Source: Alphaproteobacteria bacterium (GTDB lineage Bacteria; Pseudomonadota; Alphaproteobacteria; Rs-D84). From it: a stretch of DNA of 64,000 bases. Positions 39,411 to 47,714 of this stretch are shown here, in pieces; positions within the stretch are counted from its first letter, which is position 1; each line of letters begins with the position of its first letter. The DNA lies in NCBI GenBank assembly GCA_017630405.1, contig JAGBVH010000015.1, positions 17,026 to 81,025 of the forward strand. The letters run 5' to 3'. Below the pieces are notes generated by a model. The model saw nothing but the letters and a program-made list of their open reading frames with translations, searched no databases and was not told where the DNA came from. The position numbers were made by a program, and so were the translations under genes.

Positions 39411-40133
39411 ATGAAAAAATCATCAGATATAATCATAGAATTAAAAAATATAAACAAAAGTTTCCCAGTGGAACTTGGTGGTCAGCAACAGGTATTATTT
39501 GATATTAATTTCAAGGTTCACGCCGGCGAATTTGTCGCCATTATGGGGCCGTCTGGTTCTGGTAAATCGACATGTATGAATATAATCGGCGCGTTGGATA
39601 CACCAACATCTGGGGTGTATGAATTATATGGTCGTGATGTTACGGGACTAAGCACCGATGAATTGGCGGTTGTTCGTAATGAATATATCGGTTTTGTTTT
39701 TCAGCAATTTAATTTATTACCCAAACGCAGTGTTCTGGATAATGTGATGCTGCCATTGATGTATCAGGGTTTATCCATGGACGACCGCATAAGTCGTGCG
39801 CGCGAAATGTTAAAGCGTGTTGGATTGGAAAATTTTGAAACATACCTGCCGACACAACTGTCCGGCGGTATGAAGCAGCGTGTGGCGATTGCGCGTGCGC
39901 TGGCTGGTAGCCCTAAATTGATTCTGGCGGACGAACCAACTGGTGCGCTGGACAGTAAAATGGGGAACGAGATTTTGAAGTTTTTCAAGGAATTAAATCG
40001 TGACCTTGGGATAACAATAGTTATGATTACCCACGAATTTGATATCGCGAAATACGCGGACAGATTAATTCATATTCGTGACGGTAAAATAAATTATGAT
40101 GGTCGTGTTCCGCGCGATGACAGGAATTTATAA
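39411..40133 (+). CDS. ABC transporter ATP-binding protein (MacB/LolD-like)
   Basis: Walker A GPSGSGKST, signature LSGGMKQR, Walker B LILADEPT. Confidence 0.9.
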   Translation: MKKSSDIIIELKNINKSFPVELGGQQQVLFDINFKVHAGEFVAIMGPSGSGKSTCMNIIGALDTPTSGVYELYGRDVTGLSTDELAVVRNEYIGFVFQQFNLLPKRSVLDNVMLPLMYQGLSMDDRISRAREMLKRVGLENFETYLPTQLSGGMKQRVAIARALAGSPKLILADEPTGALDSKMGNEILKFFKELNRDLGITIVMITHEFDIAKYADRLIHIRDGKINYDGRVPRDDRNL

Positions 40134-40147
40134 TATCGGGGGAAAAT

Positions 40148-41365
40148 ATGACATTTAATGATATTTTGAAAGAATCTTGGCTGTCAATCAGTGGCAATAA
40201 AATCCGTTCTTTTCTAACGGTTTTGGGTATTATCATTGGTGTTATGGCGGTTGTGATAATGGTGGCAGTTGGTGAAACGGTTCAAAAACAAATCACGGAC
40301 CAGTTTTCATCACTTGGTACCAATACTATTATGATACGCGCTGGCGCGGCGCAAAGCGCAGGTGTCCGCACGGGCAGTCGCCAAACTCTGACTATCCAAG
40401 ATGCGGAATTTATTGCGCGCCTGCCTGATGTTATGGCGGTATCGCCTGTTCAAAATGGTTCTGCGCAGGTAATCTATGGTAATAAAAACTGGGGGACATC
40501 AATGGTTGGTGTGTATCCAGACTATATAACCGTTCAAAATGTGGAAATAGAATATGGTACTTTCTTTGATATGGCGGCGGTACGAAACGCATCAACATAT
40601 GCGGTTATTGGTCCAGAAACCGCCGAAGAATTAGGACTTGAAAAAAATCCTGTGGGTGAAGTAATACGAATCCAAAACACACCATTTACTATTATCGGCG
40701 TGACCAAGGCCAAGGGTGATTCCGCAATGGGCAGTCAGGATGACATGGTGTTAATTCCTATTACAACATTAAAGAAGCGTGTCCAAGGGTCCCGTTTTCC
40801 AAATGCAGTCCAGATGGTTGCGCTTAAATTATACGAAACATCCGATAATAATCTGGCAATTGAACAAATAACCGCCCTGCTTCGTCAGCGTCACAGATTA
40901 AAAGATGATGCGGTCGATGATTTTCAGATTATGGATATGAAACAGATTATGGAAACAATGAATACGGTAACTGGATATTTGAAATTGTTGCTGATTGCGA
41001 TTGCTGCCGTATCTTTGTTGGTTGGCGCAATTGGTATTATGAATATGATGCTTGTATCTGTGGCCGAGCGTACGCGTGAAATTGGTATTCGCAAAGCAAT
41101 CGGTGCGCGTGAACGCCATATTATTATTCAGTTCTTGTCTGAATCTATAATGATTTCGTTCCTTGGGTCTATGATAGGCTTGATACTTGGGGTTGGTTTA
41201 TCTCAGGGTGTTGGTCGTTTTATTCTTGGATATAATGTGCCGTTCAGTATTTGGCCGGTTGTATTATCTGTTTCGGTTGCGGTAATTGTTGGTCTGTCGT
41301 CTGGCGTTATGCCGGCAATGAAGGCAGCAAAACTAAACCCGATTGACAGTCTGCGATATGAATAA
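40148..41365 (+). CDS. ABC transporter permease, MacB-periplasmic-domain + FtsX family
   Basis: 405 aa. TM1, then a large periplasmic domain, then 3 C-terminal TMs with ...RTREIGIRKAIGAR... Confidence 0.85.
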   Translation: MTFNDILKESWLSISGNKIRSFLTVLGIIIGVMAVVIMVAVGETVQKQITDQFSSLGTNTIMIRAGAAQSAGVRTGSRQTLTIQDAEFIARLPDVMAVSPVQNGSAQVIYGNKNWGTSMVGVYPDYITVQNVEIEYGTFFDMAAVRNASTYAVIGPETAEELGLEKNPVGEVIRIQNTPFTIIGVTKAKGDSAMGSQDDMVLIPITTLKKRVQGSRFPNAVQMVALKLYETSDNNLAIEQITALLRQRHRLKDDAVDDFQIMDMKQIMETMNTVTGYLKLLLIAIAAVSLLVGAIGIMNMMLVSVAERTREIGIRKAIGARERHIIIQFLSESIMISFLGSMIGLILGVGLSQGVGRFILGYNVPFSIWPVVLSVSVAVIVGLSSGVMPAMKAAKLNPIDSLRYE

Positions 41366-41395
41366 AAAAACACCGGCATTTGCCGGTGTTTTTTT
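41364..41395. terminator. Bidirectional terminator (ABC permease / sspB)
   Basis: AAAAAAACACCGGCATTTGCCGGTGTTTTTTT. Confidence 0.6.
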
Positions 41396-41861
41396 AATTG
41401 TTTTTATTTTTTCTAAATTCATCCAGTGATACAACGCGACCATTGTCTGGAACGGTTCCTGGTTTTTCTTCCAGTGGTAATTCCATGTCGTTATCCGCTG
41501 CTGCCTGATGATTTTTGTGATGAAAAGACAGCATAAAATCAACTGATGGATCCTTGAATTCGACCAGCGCAGAAAAAGGTACGCGGATAAAAAATGGACG
41601 GCCATCAAAAGTCAACTGCACCCCAAATTCTTTGTCGGATACATTAAGGTTGTTATACGAATACTGTAAAACAATTGTCATTATATCTGGATATCGTATG
41701 CGCAGGAAATCCGGCAATACAACACCAGCATCGCGTGTTTTGAAAGTGATAAAGAAATGTGTCCCGTCACCCAATCCATTAAACTGTGCGTGAATCAGTG
41801 CGTCTTTTACAACGGATTTAAGTGCGTTATCCAATAAAGTTTGATAATCTATACGTGCCAT
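41394..41861 (-). CDS. sspB: ClpXP adaptor SspB (alphaproteobacterial type)
   Basis: 155 aa with an SspB-like N-domain (...FFITFKT....VLPDFLRIRYPDIMTIVLQ...LNVSDKEFGVQLTFDGRPFFIRVPFSAL...) and a C-terminal ClpX-binding-like tail VVSLDEFRKNK. Confidence 0.65.
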   Translation of the reverse strand: MARIDYQTLLDNALKSVVKDALIHAQFNGLGDGTHFFITFKTRDAGVVLPDFLRIRYPDIMTIVLQYSYNNLNVSDKEFGVQLTFDGRPFFIRVPFSALVEFKDPSVDFMLSFHHKNHQAAADNDMELPLEEKPGTVPDNGRVVSLDEFRKNKNN

Positions 41862-41864
41862 GAT

Positions 41865-42947
41865 TTAATTCTCCGGTGTCAGTATATTACTTATTTGCCC
41901 GTCTGCGCAAGTGACAAATACCGCATCAGGAACATTTTTAAACACATTGATATCCAGTCCTGTTGCCCAAACTTGTGCATCTGCCGCCCCCAGTTCTTGG
42001 AATAGATTTTCCCTTGCGTTTTCGTCCAAATGTGCGGCCGCTTCGTCCAGCAAAATCAGTGGCTTTTTACCTGTTTTTGTGTGTATAAGTTTTGCGTGTG
42101 CCAAAATCAAATCAACAAGTGCGGTTTTTTGCTGACCTGTGCTGGTTAAATGCGCAGGTAGTTTTAATTTATGATTAAATACCCCAAAATCAGATTTATG
42201 TGGTCCATCGATAACCATTTTGTCGTTTATAATTGTTCTGTTTTGTTTCAGGTATTCAAGATAACTTCTTTCTGCATCCCCTGCGCTCATCCCATTAATT
42301 AACATTTTTTCAATCATACCATCAACCGATACCGCACATGATTTAAGAAAGTAATTAAGTTCACCAGCGTATTGTATGCGCGCAACTGCAACTGCGACTG
42401 CGGTACCGGCTATTTGTGTATCCAGTGCATCCAGCCAGTATGTGTCGTTACCAGTTTTAAGTGCGAATGCGCGTTCGCTCATCAATTTGCTAAATCTTGC
42501 GATTCTTCCGGCATGTGTTGGATCAAATCCGGCGGCCAGTCTGTCAAAAAATGCGCGTCTGTCAGCAGCACCTTCGACAAACAATCTGTCCTCTTTTGGT
42601 GTCAGCCAAACAATTCGTATATGCTTTGCTAAATCTGACAGCGCAGAATTTTCGCCATCAATTCTTGCGCGTCTGTTTGTGTCGGTATTTGAAAATGTAA
42701 TTGCCAGTTCTGTATCGTCATAAAGATTTGCGAATACACTGAAACCACCGTCTCCATCAAAACGCGCGATTTCGCCCATGGCGGCCCCACGCAATCCTCT
42801 TTCGCCCGACAGCATTGATACAGCTTCAAGTATTGCGGTTTTTCCTGCGCCATTTGGTCCGATAATAATCACATTGCGCCGCCCGTGTGTTGTCACGCGG
42901 CATATATTATGGTTTCTAAAATCTGTTAAACTAATAGATTTAATCAT
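41865..42947 (-). CDS. recF: DNA replication and repair protein RecF
   Basis: Walker A GPNGAGKTA, signature STGQQK, Walker B LILLDE. Start set at MIKSISLTDFRNH because the longer track start would run into the upstream terminator. Confidence 0.88.
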   Translation of the reverse strand: MIKSISLTDFRNHNICRVTTHGRRNVIIIGPNGAGKTAILEAVSMLSGERGLRGAAMGEIARFDGDGGFSVFANLYDDTELAITFSNTDTNRRARIDGENSALSDLAKHIRIVWLTPKEDRLFVEGAADRRAFFDRLAAGFDPTHAGRIARFSKLMSERAFALKTGNDTYWLDALDTQIAGTAVAVAVARIQYAGELNYFLKSCAVSVDGMIEKMLINGMSAGDAERSYLEYLKQNRTIINDKMVIDGPHKSDFGVFNHKLKLPAHLTSTGQQKTALVDLILAHAKLIHTKTGKKPLILLDEAAAHLDENARENLFQELGAADAQVWATGLDINVFKNVPDAVFVTCADGQISNILTPEN

Positions 42948-42992
42948 GTCCGGATAATACAAAAAAAATACAATCCTGACAAGAATATAAAC

Positions 42993-43025
42993 AAAAAAAA
43001 TCCCCAAAATATCGGGGATTTTTTA
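42993..43025 (-). terminator. Terminator between infC and recF
   Basis: AAAAAAAATCCCC-AAAATATC-GGGGATTTTTT. Confidence 0.55.
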
Positions 43026-43026
43026 A

Positions 43027-43566
43027 TTATTTAGCTGGTGCAATAATCAAAGATTTTGTTCTTTCATCTGGTTTTGATTTTGATTCCAGATTACCTTTGT
43101 CACCAACAATTTCCAAAATCTTGGCAAAAAGTTCTGGGACAGCATCTTTACCACGCGCCAAAACCTTTTTAGAACCCCTGGTCATAACGGCAATTTTAAC
43201 CTTATTACCGTCTGCCAAGAATTCAAAGACCTTTTTCATTTTGATATTCAAATCATTTTCTTCGATAAAAGGTTTGACCCAAACTTCTTTTACTTCAGTA
43301 GTTTTTTGATTCTTTTTAGCCTCGGACGCGCGCTTTTTCTGTTCGTATTTGAACTTGCCATAGTCCATAATTTTTACAATAGGTGTTGCGTTGTTGGCAT
43401 TGATTTCCACCAAATCCAGACCTTCGTCCATTGCCATCTGCAGTGCCTGAGATGTTGGCATAATGCCTAAATTCTGGCCTTCGCTGCTAATTACCTGAAC
43501 GGTTTTAGCAAAAATCCGATTATTCATACGTGGACCTGCGTCACGACGATTATCACGGTTCATCAT
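43027..43566 (-). CDS. infC: Translation initiation factor IF-3
   Basis: 179 aa with ...RIFAKTVQVISSEGQNLGIM....ALQMAMDEGLDLVEI... and a typical C-domain. Confidence 0.9.
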   Translation of the reverse strand: MMNRDNRRDAGPRMNNRIFAKTVQVISSEGQNLGIMPTSQALQMAMDEGLDLVEINANNATPIVKIMDYGKFKYEQKKRASEAKKNQKTTEVKEVWVKPFIEENDLNIKMKKVFEFLADGNKVKIAVMTRGSKKVLARGKDAVPELFAKILEIVGDKGNLESKSKPDERTKSLIIAPAK

Positions 43567-43617
43567 AGGTTTAATGTTATGCTCCTTTATTACATATGCG
43601 CGAATTATTAACTATTT

Positions 43618-44397
43618 TTAGGCACTTTTCAAGATATTTTGAACATTTTGCAGCGCATTCCATACATCGCGTTTCGCGGTTGGCTTAAGTATCAAATAAT
43701 TTGGATGATAAATTGGAACTATTGTTGGTTTGCCTTCAATGGTTACAGGCTTGCCATGTTCCTTTGCTAAATTAACCCCAGCGATTTCTGTGGCGGGCAA
43801 AGAACCCATTGTTAATATAATGCGAGGGTTAAGCATACTAATCAATCGGTCGATAAAAGGTCGTGTCATATCCAGTTCGATTCTGTTTGGCGTGCGTCCC
43901 CCTGGTGTGCGCCAAAACAGCATAGGTATAATAGATACATTTTCGCGGCTTGTTCCAATCGCGGCCAGCATTTTATCCATCAATTCACCTGTTGTGCCGG
44001 ATAATATATTGCCCGATGCGTCATCGTCCGAAGAAGGTATATCTGTTATCAAAACAAGCCCATTCGGATTGTTTGCAATATGGGGCAAAACTGTATTGGT
44101 TGCTGTTGTGCGTAATGGGTGGTTAAATTCACCAATCATACGAATCAGTGCTGGTATATCATTGGGTCTGGCCGCCATTGCGTTAACGGTTTCTTGGGAT
44201 ATAGTTTGTACTGGTGCAATTGGTGGCACCACAGATGTTGGTGCACGATTGATTTCAGCGATACTTGCGATACTTTGTGTTGGATTTTGTACGGTTTGCG
44301 CGGTTTTTTGTGTATTAGATGTGGATGTTATCGGTGTTTCCGAAAGTTCCCAACGCACTCCTGCCAAATTTAAATCCTGTAATGCACCATGTGACAT
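43618..44397 (-). CDS. Uracil-DNA glycosylase superfamily protein (family-4-like, divergent motif A, low-complexity N-terminal extension)
   Basis: The C-terminal 160 aa look like a family-4 UDG (…IVPIYHPNYLILKP..KRDVW). The GE(A/G)PG..ED..G.PF.G motif is replaced by TDIPSSDDDASGNILSG. The N-terminal 100 aa or so are T/Q/S/P-rich. Confidence 0.6.
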   Translation of the reverse strand: MSHGALQDLNLAGVRWELSETPITSTSNTQKTAQTVQNPTQSIASIAEINRAPTSVVPPIAPVQTISQETVNAMAARPNDIPALIRMIGEFNHPLRTTATNTVLPHIANNPNGLVLITDIPSSDDDASGNILSGTTGELMDKMLAAIGTSRENVSIIPMLFWRTPGGRTPNRIELDMTRPFIDRLISMLNPRIILTMGSLPATEIAGVNLAKEHGKPVTIEGKPTIVPIYHPNYLILKPTAKRDVWNALQNVQNILKSA

Positions 44398-44474
44398 ATT
44401 TGTTTTTCCTTGATATTACAAACCTTTTATAGTACAATACAACGCGAGCAACAGAAACTCAAGGGAGTATTTTC

Positions 44475-44888
44475 ATGAAAATTAAAAACTTTGCTTTATT
44501 GGCAGGCGTAGCTGGCTTGCTGGCAGCTTGCGGTGGTTCTATTGTTGAACCTGCTGATTTGAACGATCAGCGTGTATTCTTTGGTTTTAATTCTGCTGAA
44601 ATTTCAGAAGAAGCCGAAAACAACCTGTTGGGTCAGGCTTTGTACATGAAAAACCACGCAGATACAAAAATCCAGATTGCTGGTAACTGCGACGAACGTG
44701 GTTCCACAGAATACAACTTGGCATTGGGTGCACGTCGTGCAAACGCTGCAAAACAAGTTTTGGTTAAAGATGGTGTAGAAGCAAAACGTATTTCTACAAT
44801 CTCTTATGGTAAAGAACGTCCATTGGTTCAGGGTTCTGGCGAAGAAGTCTGGAAATGGAATCGTAACGCCACAACAACCGTTAAATAA
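44475..44888 (+). CDS. pal: Peptidoglycan-associated lipoprotein Pal (OmpA family)
   Basis: Lipobox LLAAC|GG and an OmpA-like domain (...FGFNSAEI...GNCDERGSTEYNLALGARRA...). Confidence 0.85.
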   Translation: MKIKNFALLAGVAGLLAACGGSIVEPADLNDQRVFFGFNSAEISEEAENNLLGQALYMKNHADTKIQIAGNCDERGSTEYNLALGARRANAAKQVLVKDGVEAKRISTISYGKERPLVQGSGEEVWKWNRNATTTVK

Positions 44889-44918
44889 TAAAAAATCCCC
44901 GTTTGGGGATTTTTTTTA
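44889..44918. terminator. Terminator after pal
   Basis: AAAAAATCCCC-GTTT-GGGGATTTTTTTT. Confidence 0.6.
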
Positions 44919-44944
44919 TTACACGAATTTATTCCACTAAAAAG

Positions 44945-44971
44945 AAAAAATCCCCATTCAGGGGATTTTAT
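44945..44971 (-). terminator. Terminator after tRNA-Cys
   Basis: AAAAAATCCCC-ATTCA-GGGGATTTTATTT lies immediately 3' of the tRNA on the minus strand. Confidence 0.55.
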
Positions 44972-44972
44972 T

Positions 44973-45046
44973 TGGAGGCCTGGGTCGGAATCGAACCGGC
45001 ATACAAGGATTTGCAGTCCTCTGCATAACCACTCTGCCACCAGGCC
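44973..45046 (-). tRNA. tRNA-Cys (GCA)
   Basis: The reverse complement is GGCCTGGTGGCAGAGTGGTTATGCAGAGGACTGCAAATCCTTGTATGCCGGTTCGATTCCGACCCAGGCCTCCA. Anticodon loop is CTGCAAA and the discriminator is U73. Confidence 0.93.
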
Positions 45047-45141
45047 TGAACTTGTATGCGCATATTAAGCAAAAAAAAATTGTAATTCAACATAAAAATT
45101 GTATAATTTATAATATTATTGAAAAGCGAGAGAATGTATCT

Positions 45142-46473
45142 ATGAATAAGTTGTTGATATTGCCTGTTTTAATGGCTGTTTTGCCTGCTTTTGCTGGTGG
45201 GGACGATTGTATGAATCGTACGACTGTACCTGCTGGTAAATTAACTTTGCCGCAAATAATAGAACTTGGGTTGTGTCGAAATCCACAAACTGCGGCCTCT
45301 TATATGGCATACGAATCATCAAGATTTGCGAAAAATGCTGGTTATGCGAATTATTTGCCAAGTGTTAACGCATCTGCGAACGCATCTTTGCCATATAGAA
45401 ATGAACAATGGGGTGATTGGTCGTATGGTGCATCTTTGTCCGCTTCGTATTTGTTGTTTGATTTTGGCAAGCGTTTATCTGACCAGAATCAGTTAATATC
45501 GTCATGGCGTGCGGCTGGCTTTGATTATGATGAAACGGTTCAGAATTATATATATGGTCTGATTGGTTCTTATTATGCGTTATTAAATGCTGATGCTGAT
45601 GTTAATTCCGCAACAAAACTGCGCGAAGTTGCGCAAAGCGCACGCGATATGGCATCTAAAAAATTCAAAGCAGGTTCTGTGGCCAAGGCCGATGTATTAA
45701 AGGCTGATACAACATTGGCCAGTCGTGATTTGGATTTAGAGCGAGCAAAAAATAATCGCGAAATTGCCAAGGGGTCATTGTTGGCAAAACTTTCGTTCCC
45801 AGCGAATCAGGATATAGAGATTGCGGACCTGCCATCTGAAATTGGTACGCCACAGGAAACCAAGAGTCTGGACGAATTATTTGCGCAGGCGCAAAAAACG
45901 CGCCCTGACCTGTTGCGTGCAACAGCAAATAAAGATTCGGCGTGGCACAGAAGAAACAGCAGTTTCTTAAAGAATCTGCCATCGATTTCTGCATCTGGTT
46001 CTTTATCATGGAATGATACACCGTCTGAAACATATGGTGCGGGGTCTGATAATATTAGTGGCAGTATCGGTATTCGTGCTTCTATGCCCTTATTTGCGGG
46101 TTTTTCAAATTTATATGGTCTGCGCAGCGCCCAGGCAAATTACGAGCGTGCAGTTGAACAAGAGCGTCAAACACAGGATAATGCCGCGCTTGATATATTC
46201 AGTGCGTATCAAAACTATAAAACCGCACAAACAGTATTAAAACAAACAGAAACCTTGTTGGAATCAGCGACCGAATCGGAACGCGTAACCGCTGGTATGT
46301 ACAAGGTTGGTCGTGCGACAATGTTGGATTGGCAAACCGCGCAATCAGAACTAGTGTCGGCACAAAAACAAAACAATGCAGCAAAGTATGATTTATTTAC
46401 AAAACGTGCGGCGGTTGCATTGGCGGTTGGTGAAATCAAAGCGGAAGTAGAAGAGGAAAAGACAAATGAGTAA
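45142..46473 (+). CDS. tolC: TolC-family outer-membrane efflux protein
   Basis: Signal peptide MNKLLILPVLMAVLPAFA, followed by two OEP repeats. Start moved from the track's 45052 to the ATG at 45142. Confidence 0.8.
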   Translation: MNKLLILPVLMAVLPAFAGGDDCMNRTTVPAGKLTLPQIIELGLCRNPQTAASYMAYESSRFAKNAGYANYLPSVNASANASLPYRNEQWGDWSYGASLSASYLLFDFGKRLSDQNQLISSWRAAGFDYDETVQNYIYGLIGSYYALLNADADVNSATKLREVAQSARDMASKKFKAGSVAKADVLKADTTLASRDLDLERAKNNREIAKGSLLAKLSFPANQDIEIADLPSEIGTPQETKSLDELFAQAQKTRPDLLRATANKDSAWHRRNSSFLKNLPSISASGSLSWNDTPSETYGAGSDNISGSIGIRASMPLFAGFSNLYGLRSAQANYERAVEQERQTQDNAALDIFSAYQNYKTAQTVLKQTETLLESATESERVTAGMYKVGRATMLDWQTAQSELVSAQKQNNAAKYDLFTKRAAVALAVGEIKAEVEEEKTNE

Positions 46474-47683
46474 AAAACAATCAAAAACTCCGATAAATGC
46501 CGGCAAAAAGGCATCAAGAATTGGTCGTATTTTTGGGTGGATTTGGCGTAAAAAATGGTGGGTGCTGTTGGCAGCAGTGCTTGGTATTGGCGCGTGGTTG
46601 ATTTTTGGTGGCGGCGAAAAAAAAGCATCTGAATTTGCGACTGTCAAAGTATCGCGTGGTGACCTGCGTCAGGTTGTGACTGCAACTGGTGAAATTCGTC
46701 CTGTAAACACTGTAAATGTTGGTTCTCAGGTTTCTGGTACAATTGATAACCTGTATGTTGATTTTAATTCCAAGGTTAAAAAAGGCGATATGTTGCTGAC
46801 AATCGAACCTTCTGTTTTACAGGCAACGGTTGATGAATCCAAGGCTTCTTTGGACAGTGCGGTATCCCAACGCAACTATGCGAAAAGTGAATATGAACGC
46901 AATAAAATGCTGTATGACGAAGGTATTATTGCGCGTGCAGAACTTGAAAAATCACAAACGACATACGAACAAGCGGAACAGTCTGTAAACCGTATGCAAT
47001 CGCAATATGAACGTGCTGTAACAAATCTTGGATATGCGACAATTACATCGCCTGTTGATGGAACTGTTATCTCGCGCAAGGTTGATGTTGGTCAAACTGT
47101 TGCGGCATCTTTCCAGACCCCAGACTTGTTTGAAATTGCCGAAGATTTAACAAAAATGCAGATTGAAACATCTGTATCCGAGGCTGATATCGGTGTTGTC
47201 AAAGATGGTCAGCGCGTTACATTTACTGTTGATGCATATCCAACTGAAACATTCGAGGGGTTTGTGCGTCAAATAAGATTATCACCAACAACCACTTCTA
47301 ATGTTGTTGTTTATACGGTTGTAATCGATGTTAATAATGAGAATTTGCGCCTTATGCCAGGGATGACAGCATTTGTGACGATTATTATCACAGAAAAAGA
47401 AAATGTATGGAAAGCGGCAAATTCTGCATTCTTGGTTCGCAGTTTCACAGATATTGTCCCGGATGCCAATGGTGCTACACCAAAAACTCACTTGGCAATC
47501 CAGCGTGAACAGGACATTATGTTAATTCCATATACCAAGGGACTGTCCACAGCAACAGAAACAGAAATTATTTCTGATGAATTGCAACAGGGGGATAAAA
47601 TTGTAACAGGTCGTGTTGGTGGCGCATTATCTGCACAGGCGCCAAGGGGTATGAATCCAATGCGTGGTGGTCCGCGTATGTAA
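46466..47683 (+). CDS. Efflux periplasmic adaptor (HlyD/MacA family)
   Basis: 405 aa with an N-terminal TM, lipoyl/barrel-sandwich and hairpin regions (...VTATGEIRPVNTVNVGSQVSGTI..., ...ITSPVDGTVISR...). Overlaps tolC by 8 nt. Confidence 0.85.
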   Translation: MSKKQSKTPINAGKKASRIGRIFGWIWRKKWWVLLAAVLGIGAWLIFGGGEKKASEFATVKVSRGDLRQVVTATGEIRPVNTVNVGSQVSGTIDNLYVDFNSKVKKGDMLLTIEPSVLQATVDESKASLDSAVSQRNYAKSEYERNKMLYDEGIIARAELEKSQTTYEQAEQSVNRMQSQYERAVTNLGYATITSPVDGTVISRKVDVGQTVAASFQTPDLFEIAEDLTKMQIETSVSEADIGVVKDGQRVTFTVDAYPTETFEGFVRQIRLSPTTTSNVVVYTVVIDVNNENLRLMPGMTAFVTIIITEKENVWKAANSAFLVRSFTDIVPDANGATPKTHLAIQREQDIMLIPYTKGLSTATETEIISDELQQGDKIVTGRVGGALSAQAPRGMNPMRGGPRM

Positions 47684-47714
47684 AAAAAATCCCGCGTTTG
47701 CGGGATTTTTTTTT
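47682..47714. terminator. Bidirectional terminator (adaptor / pyrG)
   Basis: AAAAAAAATCCCGC-GTTT-GCGGGATTTTTTTTT. Confidence 0.6.

Noticed and set aside
39323-41395. Identical CCGGCA-AA/TT-TGCCGG hairpins in opposite orientation flank the ABC transporter pair, which could suggest MITE ends or a mobile cassette.
   Set aside because: Each hairpin is a self-complementary terminator with A/T tracts, so it reads the same on either strand. There are no target-site duplications or longer shared flanks.
43730-44413. A 227-aa + strand ORF lies antisense to the UDG-like gene.
   Set aside because: The minus-strand frame carries recognisable UDG family motifs. The + frame is a low-complexity S/I/V/G-rich shadow ORF with no start context.
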